Virus genome (UHGV): UHGV-0378502
Strand: one strand, 5' to 3'
From: a virus
Length of the DNA stretch: 22,376 nucleotides
Shown: positions 1 to 6,431 of the stretch, one piece after another
Layout of the letters: the number at the start of each line of letters is the position of its first letter
How positions within the stretch are numbered: position 1 is the first letter of the stretch
Program-made: the position numbers and the translations under genes
The notes under the pieces: generated by a model
Seen by the model: the letters and a program-made list of their open reading frames with translations, nothing else
What the model was told of the DNA's origin: nothing
The model's database searches: none

Positions 1-383
1 GACTGCTCTGCCGCCCTTTTTAAAGTGAATTTTGTGATGCGGTGAATGCGGCTGAGCGCACGCGGAACAGTTAAAACCAAAAACAGTGTTATGGTTGGAT
101 TCTCTGTATCCGGCGTTAATTGTTAACTGGTTAACGTCACCCCATACTTACCGCCGCGCCATTTCGCGGATTGCCACAACCGGAAGCGCACGGTCGACGA
201 AAATTTAACGACAGGCTATCTATGAACCAGCTACCTCGCCGTGCGCTTTCGCGTTATGGTCTGACTTTTCAGGGAAATATCCTTTCAGTAAACCGTCAGT
301 GCCGGATGCTCACCCGTGTCCGGCGCACGCACTCCACCTCACCCGTGGAGAACTCCTTAATCACCAACCCTCAGGAGGGTGAA

Positions 384-659
384 ATGTCGACTGAAAATGA
401 TGAAATCATTAACTCCCTGATACGCCAGATTAATAATTTTGATAAAGCATTGCAGCATGCTGCGGCGCGTAGTGATATAACTCTTTTAGCAATTTCATTT
501 CTTGCATCTGTAATGGATAAAAATGAAGTCGTACGACAGAGTCTTGTTGATTATATCGACTCGCTTCAACCAGGCACTTTCAATCATGAGAGCTTCAATC
601 ATGAGAAAGAGCATGTTAAATCTGTAATTAATTCTCTTGTTTTGAATCAAAAGAATTAA
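384..659 (+). CDS. Hypothetical small protein (91 aa) in an AT-rich accessory island
   Basis: ATG at 384 preceded by a perfect AGGAGG Shine-Dalgarno (374-379); ORF in frame with the longer track ORF 171..659, whose upstream start would be TTG without an RBS. AT-rich codon usage unlike flanking phage genes. Internal 12-nt tandem duplication ttcaatcatgag x2 (approx 580-606). No recognisable family. Confidence 0.45.
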   Translation: MSTENDEIINSLIRQINNFDKALQHAAARSDITLLAISFLASVMDKNEVVRQSLVDYIDSLQPGTFNHESFNHEKEHVKSVINSLVLNQKN

Positions 660-969
660 TGCTTTTTGTTGCAAGGTAATTTTCAAGGGGTTCTATTCGA
701 ATCCCTTTCTTTTTTATTAACAAGCCAAACCCCTTATCAATGATGTCCATTAATTCCAGAAAGTATTTTTCATGTAAATCCTGGTTATCAGAGAGCTGCT
801 TCTCTTCGTACAGCCCGATAAAGGCTCGGCGTACGTTACCGGATATATTGTCGATGGTTTCTTTTTCTACGGTACTCAGGTCAAGAGTCGCCAGTTGAGA
901 GCGAACCACATTCGATGCCATTTCCTGGAATGGTACTGGTAAATCTTTAAATTCCATCGTCAACCTCAT
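628..969 (-). CDS. Hypothetical protein (113 aa), second gene of a two-gene cassette downstream of cI
   Basis: ATG (plus 967-969) overlaps the stop of the upstream gene by 1 nt (ATGA-type coupling); alternative in-frame ATG at 955-957 with GAGG upstream. AT-rich. No recognisable family. Confidence 0.5.
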   Translation of the reverse strand: MRLTMEFKDLPVPFQEMASNVVRSQLATLDLSTVEKETIDNISGNVRRAFIGLYEEKQLSDNQDLHEKYFLELMDIIDKGFGLLIKKKGIRIEPLENYLATKSINSFDSKQEN

Positions 970-1202
970 CAGTCAGTGTTTCTGGTTAACCAGCGACGCG
1001 CGCCAGCTTCAGTTTTAAACGTTTTGCTTCTGGTATACGCCATCGCGGTAAACGTGCCGTCCTGGTTTGGAAACACGCCGTACACCAGAGATTCGTTGTT
1101 GCCAAGATCGATAGTATCCATGCTGACCTCATTTCCCCTTAACGCCGGGGTAGCGGAACAAAAACCTGCTGCATAGTTATTAAAGTTGAACCCTGCCGTC
1201 AT
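969..1202 (-). CDS. Hypothetical protein (77 aa), first gene of a two-gene cassette downstream of cI
   Basis: ATG start (plus 1200-1202), GAGG-containing leader, stop overlapping the start of the next gene. Lies about 210 bp downstream of the cI stop on the same strand. No recognisable family. Confidence 0.5.
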   Translation of the reverse strand: MTAGFNFNNYAAGFCSATPALRGNEVSMDTIDLGNNESLVYGVFPNQDGTFTAMAYTRSKTFKTEAGARRWLTRNTD

Positions 1203-1300
1203 GTTCTTACGCCTCGGGCTGGCTACTTAACCCCTGACCACTGCCTGGTAACTCGAAGTATTGCCCTGCATTCTGTAGGATGGGGTGAGGGAATGAATGA

Positions 1301-1329
1301 AGTTTAGAAAAACGAACTTTTTAGGTCAA
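1301..1329 (-). promoter_or_regulatory. Putative sigma70 promoter for the 969..1202 / 628..969 cassette
   Basis: On the minus strand: TTGACC (plus 1324-1329), 17-nt spacer, TAAACT (plus 1301-1306), about 90 nt upstream of the cassette start. Sequence-pattern prediction only. Confidence 0.35.
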
Positions 1330-1413
1330 TGTTTTTTTATCAAAACATTTTAAGCAGGCAGCTGTTAAGCCATCACCACGATGGCATACAGTTAATCAAA
1401 TAGATGAGGTTGG

Positions 1414-2052
1414 TTAAATATCTTGTTGAATTTTAAAGCATACGCCCAATATGCAAGATAGATCATCCAGCATAATTGAAGGGTAGCGAGGATTCGTGGG
1501 GACTAAAAGAATATCCGGCCCTTCTATCTCCAGTTTACGAATGACAGGTGTTGTGGTCCCTTTGGGTAAGGCAAGGACAATATTTCCTGGTTGTACGGTT
1601 CGATCGGGATCAACAAAAACTGTTGAACCATTTGGGATGGAAACTCCCCCACCAGATGTTGACATACTGTCACTCTCTAGAACAACTGCAAAGGTATTGA
1701 CCGGGATTTCTCCGACAAGCTGCACACAAGAGGTTATTGAGGAATTTTTCATATAATCACTCCAGCTTGCTGCCTGCTGAAGTGATAGTAGCGGAACCGT
1801 TTTTATCGGCGGTAAAGATAGATCAAGCGAATCACCTGTATTTAACTCTCCTCCATTAAGAAGCCAATTTTCGTTTACTTTCAATATTTTTGCCAGTGAA
1901 CTTATGTAACGCGAGGACGGCGCTCCTCCACCGTTCATCCATTGACTTACGGAGCCTTTTGATGCGCCAGTGCCATTGACAAGGTCTTTGCCTTTCAGGT
2001 TTAGCGCATGCATACGTTGGGTTATGCGTTCAGATATAGTTTGCTTGCTCAT
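1414..2052 (-). CDS. cI: Prophage repressor, cI-like (N-terminal HTH plus C-terminal LexA/S24 autopeptidase domain)
   Basis: 212-aa product with an HTH-like N-terminus and a C-terminal domain carrying the Ser (ESDSM) and Lys (VIRKL) of the S24 catalytic dyad; divergent from a cro-like gene across a 90-bp operator region; no Shine-Dalgarno before the ATG (leaderless-type, as for lambda pRM transcripts). Confidence 0.9.
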   Translation of the reverse strand: MSKQTISERITQRMHALNLKGKDLVNGTGASKGSVSQWMNGGGAPSSRYISSLAKILKVNENWLLNGGELNTGDSLDLSLPPIKTVPLLSLQQAASWSDYMKNSSITSCVQLVGEIPVNTFAVVLESDSMSTSGGGVSIPNGSTVFVDPDRTVQPGNIVLALPKGTTTPVIRKLEIEGPDILLVPTNPRYPSIMLDDLSCILGVCFKIQQDI

Positions 2053-2143
2053 GTTTTGATTTTAAAACACAGATGGTTTTGTTTCTTGACTTTCTTTGGT
2101 TTTGATTATTAAACTTTTGACGTTCAGTTTTATGGAGCGACTC
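2051..2143. promoter_or_regulatory. Divergent cI/cro operator-promoter region with three direct repeats
   Basis: Three copies of a TGGTTTTGnTT-like motif at about 2051-2062, 2073-2084 and 2097-2108 (22-24 bp spacing). Rightward -35 TTGACT (2086-2091) with a weak -10 (TATTAA/TTAAAC); leftward TAAAAT hexamer 6 nt before the cI ATG on the minus strand. Inference from sequence patterns. Confidence 0.45.
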
Positions 2144-2386
2144 ATGAAAAAATCAGAAGTATTAGGCTATTTTGGCGGAGTTGTTAAAACAGCCGCAGCT
2201 CTAGGAACGTCAAAAACCACAGTCAGCATGTGGGGGGAAGAGGTTCCGTGGAAATGGGCGTTGCTAATTCAGGCAGTCACTGCCGGGGCGCTCAAATATG
2301 AGTTACACATACCGACGGTTGTCATTCCCGGTTCTGATCATAATCCGCCTTCTAACCAAGGAGGGATTCATGAAAATCAAGCATGA
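2144..2386 (+). CDS. Cro-like HTH regulator, YdaS family-like
   Basis: Small HTH protein (MKKSEVLGYFGGVVKTAAALGTSKTTVSMWG...) divergent from cI at the Cro position. Start chosen at ATG 2144; the track ORF begins at 2096 and 2132 is another in-frame ATG. The 3' end overlaps the next gene. Confidence 0.7.
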   Translation: MKKSEVLGYFGGVVKTAAALGTSKTTVSMWGEEVPWKWALLIQAVTAGALKYELHIPTVVIPGSDHNPPSNQGGIHENQA

Positions 2387-2795
2387 ACACATCCGCATGG
2401 CGATGAATGCCTGGGCGCATCCGGACGGCGAAAAAGTACCGGCTGCGAAAATTACCAAAGCGTATTTCGAGCTGGGAATGACGTTCCCGGAACTGTATGA
2501 CGACAGCCATCCGGAAGCCCTGGCTCGCAATACCCAGAAAATTTTCCGCTGGGTAGAGAAAGACACCCCTGATGCAGTTGAAAAAATTCAGGCGTTGTTA
2601 CCAGCGATCGAAAAGGCAATGCCACCTTTGCTGGTGGCCAGAATGCGCAGCCACAGTTCAGCTTATTTTCGGGAGCTGGTGGAGACGCGGGAGCGACTGG
2701 TGAGAGACGCTGATGATTTTGTCGCAGTGGCAATCGCCGGTTTCAATCAGATGAACCGTGGTGGCCCGGCAGGAAATGCTGTGGCAGTACATTGA
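2370..2795 (+). CDS. YdaT-like / CII-like regulatory protein
   Basis: ATG at 2370 preceded by AGGAGGG (2358-2364); 141 aa beginning MKIKHEHIRMAMNAW, which I recall as characteristic of YdaT-family proteins encoded next to YdaS-type Cro in Rac-like prophages. Family assignment from memory. Confidence 0.6.
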   Translation: MKIKHEHIRMAMNAWAHPDGEKVPAAKITKAYFELGMTFPELYDDSHPEALARNTQKIFRWVEKDTPDAVEKIQALLPAIEKAMPPLLVARMRSHSSAYFRELVETRERLVRDADDFVAVAIAGFNQMNRGGPAGNAVAVH

Positions 2796-2866
2796 CTGAC
2801 AATAGCCATATCGAATCGCTTCCGGCAACTCGTGAGTAAAAAGATTCGGTATCAGAAGAGGTGAGT

Positions 2867-3937
2867 ATGGCTAACGCCTGGCTCAGATTATGGCATGACA
2901 TGCCAAATGACCCTAAGTGGCGAACAATTGCCAGGGTGTCAGGGCAGCCAATTGCAACAGTGATGGCAGTGTATATCCACCTCCTGGTGAGCGCGTCACG
3001 AAATGTCACGCGAGGTCACATTGATGTCACGACAGAAGATTTGGCAAGTGCGCTCGACGTGACAGAAGAGGTAATTGATTCAATTTTGCAGACGATGCAG
3101 GGGCGGGTACTTGATGGTGATTTAATCACTGGATGGGAAAAACGCCAGGTGCTGAAAGAGGACAACGGCAATATTTTGCAAACCGCAAAATCTCCGGCAG
3201 AGCGCAAGAGGGCGCAGCGAGAGAGGGAAAGAAAGCGGGAACAAAATGGCGATTGTCACGGCGAGTCACGAAATGTCACGCACATGTCACGACGAGTCAC
3301 GACAGATAAAGATACAGATAAAGATACAGATCAAGAAGATCAAAACACTATGGTCCATGGCGTAAAAAACGCCACGAACCAGGCAGGGGATGTTCAGACC
3401 GTCACTCCTGGCCAGCCCGCAGGCACGACACCGGAAGCCGATTCAGCGTATGCGCTGAAAGCCGATTCGGGCGCTGTGCAGCAGGTGATGACCGCAAGGC
3501 AGGAGCAATCACACCAACTTCAGCAGCCTGAAGCCGATTCCGCCATTCAGCGGGAAGCCGATCGGGTAGTCCCGGAAAACACCGGGCAGCCTGTGGGACG
3601 AGTGGATTATCCTGATGTGTTCGAACAGGTCTGGCGGGAATACCCGTTGCGTGCCGGGGCAAACCCGAAGAAATCCGCTTTCAGTGCCTGGAAAGCCAGA
3701 TTACGCGAGGGGGTGCCACCAGAGGCCATGCTGGATGGCGTGAGGCGTTACGCAAGATACCTTGCGGCTACCGGGAAAACGGGAACGGAATTTGTTCAGC
3801 GAGCGACGACGTTTTTTGGACCGGACCGGAATTTTGAAAACCCCTGGCTGCTCCCGGTAAGCGGCACGAACAACCAGCGTTGTGTGAATCATATTTCTGA
3901 ACCGGATAACGAAATTCCGCCGGGCTTCAGGGGGTAA
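2867..3937 (+). CDS. Phage replication initiator (replisome-organizer / O-like protein) containing internal iterons
   Basis: ATG 2867 with GAGG upstream. The N-terminus (MANAWLRLWHDMPNDPKWRTIAR...) resembles the phage replisome-organizer N-terminal domain; an acidic low-complexity linker (DKDTDKDTDQEDQ) separates it from a C-terminal domain; position is immediately downstream of the cro/cII-like genes. Family assignment from memory. Confidence 0.75.
   Translation: MANAWLRLWHDMPNDPKWRTIARVSGQPIATVMAVYIHLLVSASRNVTRGHIDVTTEDLASALDVTEEVIDSILQTMQGRVLDGDLITGWEKRQVLKEDNGNILQTAKSPAERKRAQRERERKREQNGDCHGESRNVTHMSRRVTTDKDTDKDTDQEDQNTMVHGVKNATNQAGDVQTVTPGQPAGTTPEADSAYALKADSGAVQQVMTARQEQSHQLQQPEADSAIQREADRVVPENTGQPVGRVDYPDVFEQVWREYPLRAGANPKKSAFSAWKARLREGVPPEAMLDGVRRYARYLAATGKTGTEFVQRATTFFGPDRNFENPWLLPVSGTNNQRCVNHISEPDNEIPPGFRG
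2995..3031 (+). repeat. Iteron cluster 1 inside the initiator gene (4 x GTCACG at about 10-bp phasing)
   Basis: GTCACG/GTCACA at 2995, 3005, 3015 and 3026 (spacing 10, 10, 11), with an inverted CGTGAC copy near 3058. Confidence 0.7.
3255..3345 (+). repeat. Iteron cluster 2 (5 x GTCACG at helical phasing) plus adjacent AT-rich tandem repeat; candidate origin of replication
   Basis: GTCACG at 3255, 3265, 3275, 3286 and 3296 (spacing 10, 10, 11, 10), followed by gataaagataca x2 and an A-rich stretch (3302-3345). The arrangement is analogous to ori-lambda lying inside gene O. Confidence 0.65.
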
Positions 3938-3977
3938 GTGTTAATTTCTGGTCATGAGGTAATTTTCAGGAGGGCTT

Positions 3978-4400
3978 GTGGCAAAAGTTTTTACACAAGA
4001 AGAGCGGGAAAAAATTAAAGGACAGGTTCTTGAACTCGTACGCCAGAGTGGGCGCGAGACGTTACGACAACTGGAAGCTAAAACTGGGGCAACAAGATAT
4101 CTGATGAGCGTTCTGGCCAGAGAGCTGGTTGCCAGTGGCGATGTATACAATTCTGGCTACGGGTTATTCCCGTCTGAACAGGCTCGTAAAGACTGGCAAA
4201 ATGCCCGCAAAAAATTATCGAGGGCAAAGCTGAAGAAACCGGTTGTGGTTGATCCGGACCTTATCTGGTCGTTACCTGACGGAGAAATACGTCGCTACGA
4301 CAGTCGCCTAAACATAATCTGTCGCGAGTGCCGGAAGAGTGAAGCTATGCAGCGTGTACTGGCTTTCTATCAGGGTAATTTTCAGGAGGCGGTACTGTGA
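3978..4400 (+). CDS. Hypothetical protein (140 aa)
   Basis: GTG start at 3978 preceded by AGGAGGG (3967-3973); ORF follows the initiator gene; no recognisable family. Confidence 0.55.
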   Translation: MAKVFTQEEREKIKGQVLELVRQSGRETLRQLEAKTGATRYLMSVLARELVASGDVYNSGYGLFPSEQARKDWQNARKKLSRAKLKKPVVVDPDLIWSLPDGEIRRYDSRLNIICRECRKSEAMQRVLAFYQGNFQEAVL

Positions 4401-4457
4401 GTGAAATTAGCTATCAGGCTTCAATTACCGCTGGCATTCGCATCAAAGGAGAGGAGC

Positions 4458-4814
4458 ATGGAAATAAAACCAGAGGATGAGTTAAGCAATATCGTTTTAT
4501 TTCCGGTAAAAGAGGATGACCCTCGTAATCAGGTTAATTTTCTTTATGAGCCATCGGAAAGACCATATTGTCATCACGCCTCTGTCCGGGTTGACGAAAA
4601 AGAGCGTCAGGTCCGCTGTAAAATCTGCGGTGCAGTTGTGGAGCCATTTGACTGGATGCTCTCTGTGGCGAAAAGAGAAACCAGACTGGCAGATGATGTA
4701 AGGCTCTTGCGTCAGGAGGAGCGGGAAAGGCGAAAAAATATAGAAAAGCTAATTCAGATTGAGCGTAACGCGAAAGCGCGGATACGCAGGGCGACAAAAT
4801 CCAGAACTGAATAA
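4458..4814 (+). CDS. Hypothetical protein with Cys/His cluster (possible zinc ribbon), 118 aa
   Basis: ATG 4458 preceded by AAGGAGAGGAG; contains CHH ... CKIC spacing suggestive of a zinc-binding motif; basic coiled C-terminus. The track ORF begins at GTG 4401. Confidence 0.55.
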   Translation: MEIKPEDELSNIVLFPVKEDDPRNQVNFLYEPSERPYCHHASVRVDEKERQVRCKICGAVVEPFDWMLSVAKRETRLADDVRLLRQEERERRKNIEKLIQIERNAKARIRRATKSRTE

Positions 4815-4878
4815 TTAAATTTAGCTCTGTTAAAAATTTAATCCTTAACCGGAGGGATTTCTGCACCCTCAGAACATC

Positions 4879-4910
4879 AGGAGGCCGCCCGAAAGGGCGG
4901 TAGTTAAATG
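4879..4910 (+). promoter_or_regulatory. Hairpin-split ribosome binding site (SD - stem-loop - AUG)
   Basis: AGGAGG at 4879-4884, then a perfect 6-bp stem with GAAA tetraloop (CCGCCC gaaa GGGCGG, 4885-4900), then ATG at 4908. Linear SD-AUG spacing is 23 nt; folding the hairpin would bring it to about 7 nt. Confidence 0.35.
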
Positions 4911-5090
4911 CGAAAGTTTAAAATAATTATTGAAACGGGAATAGCCGGTGGAGATTTCGAGGATGAATTCGAAGTGGATGATGATGCGATGCCTGATGAA
5001 ATACATGACGAAGAAAAAGATATTTTCTTTAACTACTGCAATTACTCATATCACGAAATAAAAGACGAAGAGGAAGAACAAAATGGCTGA
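4908..5090 (+). CDS. Small acidic protein (60 aa)
   Basis: ATG 4908; highly acidic product (DFEDEFEVDDDAMPDEIHDEE...); stop overlaps the next ATG (ATGGCTGA). Confidence 0.45.
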   Translation: MRKFKIIIETGIAGGDFEDEFEVDDDAMPDEIHDEEKDIFFNYCNYSYHEIKDEEEEQNG

Positions 5091-5259
5091 TTTTGGTTCA
5101 ACTAAATACAACGTCAGTTTTGAAGAATGGCATGAACTGTTAATGGACTATGCAGAGTTACGTGGTGGCAGTGCTGCTGATGCTGAAGCATGGCGTGATG
5201 ATTATGAAGCAGGAAAAACTCCGGTCGAAGCATATTGTGATGAGTGGGGCGATGAATGA
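5083..5259 (+). CDS. Small hypothetical protein (58 aa), translationally coupled
   Basis: ATG 5083 overlapping the stop of the previous ORF; product MADFGSTKYNVSFEEWHELLMDYAELRGGSAADAEAWRDDYEAGKTPVEAYCDEWGDE. Falls below the 60-aa cut-off of the supplied track and was found by reading the sequence. Confidence 0.45.
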   Translation: MADFGSTKYNVSFEEWHELLMDYAELRGGSAADAEAWRDDYEAGKTPVEAYCDEWGDE

Positions 5260-5314
5260 GCGAGGTTAATTATCAGGAAGGGCATGAAACGGCGGGGCAA
5301 GCAAAAACAGTGGC

Positions 5315-5572
5315 ATGGCGATATCGCTACGTGAAAAAAAAGGCGTTACGGACTTTCAGGGGAAGTAGTGGTCTGGTGACTGGAAATATGTACCGAAAAA
5401 AGAGGATTGTAACGACAGGCCGAACTATGAAATTCAGGCCTTATTCACTGCCCCGCCAGTCCCGGTTACATCAGAAGAACTGGTTAAAGCTGTGCACTTT
5501 TATGAACAACTAAAACGCGAAAATCCACCAGCATCCGGAAACCTGATTACAGATTCCCAGATAAGGCAATGA
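5315..5572 (+). pseudogene. Interrupted ORF: protein-like reading frame broken by a single in-frame TAG (5366-5368); alternatively read via the overlapping frame-0 ORF 5256..5513
   Basis: Frame beginning at ATG 5315 reads MAISLREKKGVTDFQGK-[TAG]-WSGDWKYVPKKEDCNDRPNYEIQALFTAPPVPVTSEELVKAVHFYEQLKRENPPASGNLITDSQIRQ. The supplied track instead calls a very basic 85-aa ORF in another frame (5256..5513). Two A_AAA_AAG heptamers occur in the frame-0 ORF (5336-5342 and 5396-5402). Confidence 0.3.
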
Positions 5573-5742
5573 GCTACCTAGCGCAGAACGGGCTGATAAG
5601 TATGGGGAATGTTTTACGATGAATATTTAGACTAAAGAGTTTGTAACGCTATGTAAGTGATTTTTTCTGGTTTAGATATTTATATGTCCGGCCAAATTGA
5701 GGTGTGTTTAAATGTAATTGCACATTGATTGTAGGAGGAATA

Positions 5743-5922
5743 ATGAAAAACGCATTGCAGTTTTTGTTTGTTGCGTTTTGGTTGTTCGTATCATGTATGC
5801 CCATCATCTTCACAGCAAGGTATATGGAAAAAGTTGATGTTTTGATATTAATATTTGGATATATAAATGCCCTTTTTTTAGGGGTGTTCATGGCGGTCAT
5901 GTGCATTGAATACTGGCGGTAA
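5743..5922 (+). CDS. Small hydrophobic membrane protein (59 aa, two predicted TM segments)
   Basis: ATG 5743 preceded by AGGAGGA (5733-5739); product MKNALQFLFVAFWLFVSCMPIIFTARYMEKVDVLILIFGYINALFLGVFMAVMCIEYWR; very AT-rich surroundings (5580-5950). Confidence 0.5.
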   Translation: MKNALQFLFVAFWLFVSCMPIIFTARYMEKVDVLILIFGYINALFLGVFMAVMCIEYWR

Positions 5923-6180
5923 ATACAGCGAACGCCATTGGTTTAGTTGGATATTTACTGTGCCGGACAAAAACGGTTTGCGGGGAAATCTTAGTTAAGT
6001 AGAATGACTGCGGGTGCTTGAGGCTATCTGTCTCAGGCATGAACACCAAAAGGCAGATAGAGAAAAGCCCCAGTTAACATTACGCGTCCTGCAAGACGCT
6101 TAACATTAATCTGAGGCCATATCTATGCGACACATAGAGATTAGCCTCTTACGGACCGAAAGGTCAAGGAGAAGCAGGCT

Positions 6181-6336
6181 ATGAAGCAGCAAAAGGCGAT
6201 GTTAATCGCCCTGATCGTCATCTGTTTAACCGTCATAGTGACGGCACTGGTAACGAGGAAAGACCTCTGCGAGGTACGAATCCGAACCGGCCAGACGGAG
6301 GTCGCTGTCTTCACAGCTTACGAACCTGAGGAGTAA
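6181..6336 (+). CDS. hokD: Hok-family type I toxin (HokD/RelF-like, 51 aa)
   Basis: Product MKQQKAMLIALIVICLTVIVTALVTRKDLCEVRIRTGQTEVAVFTAYEPEE matches my recollection of HokD/RelF; long structured leader upstream and a GC hairpin plus T-run downstream, as expected for hok mRNAs. Confidence 0.85.
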   Translation: MKQQKAMLIALIVICLTVIVTALVTRKDLCEVRIRTGQTEVAVFTAYEPEE

Positions 6337-6406
6337 GAGACCTGGCGGGGGAGAAATCCCTCGCCACCTCTGATGTGTCAGGCATCCTCAACGCACCCGC
6401 ACTTAA

Positions 6407-6431
6407 CCCGCTTCGGCGGGTTTTGTTTTTT
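6407..6431 (+). terminator. Intrinsic terminator at the 3' end of the hok transcript
   Basis: CCCGC ttcg GCGGG stem-loop (6407-6420) followed by TTTTGTTTTTT. Confidence 0.6.

Noticed and set aside
171-383. Upstream extension of the 384..659 ORF to the track start at 171
   Set aside because: The codon at 171 is TTG with no Shine-Dalgarno and the encoded N-terminal extension is not protein-like, whereas ATG 384 has a perfect AGGAGG RBS.
2995-3301. Possible CRISPR array suggested by regularly spaced GTCACG repeats
   Set aside because: The repeats are only 6 bp on a 10-11 bp period, lie inside a coding sequence and have no cas genes nearby; this fits replication-origin iterons, not CRISPR repeats of 28-37 bp with unique spacers.
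5256-5513. Frame-0 85-aa ORF from the track accepted as a simple intact gene
   Set aside because: The product is extremely basic and low-complexity while an overlapping frame encodes a far more protein-like sequence interrupted by a single TAG; it is reported as an unresolved interrupted gene instead.
6125-6184. Short ORF overlapping the hok start as a canonical mok gene
   Set aside because: It is only 19 codons and ends at the hok start instead of overlapping most of hok as mok does in plasmid hok/sok; reported as an observation but not annotated as a gene.
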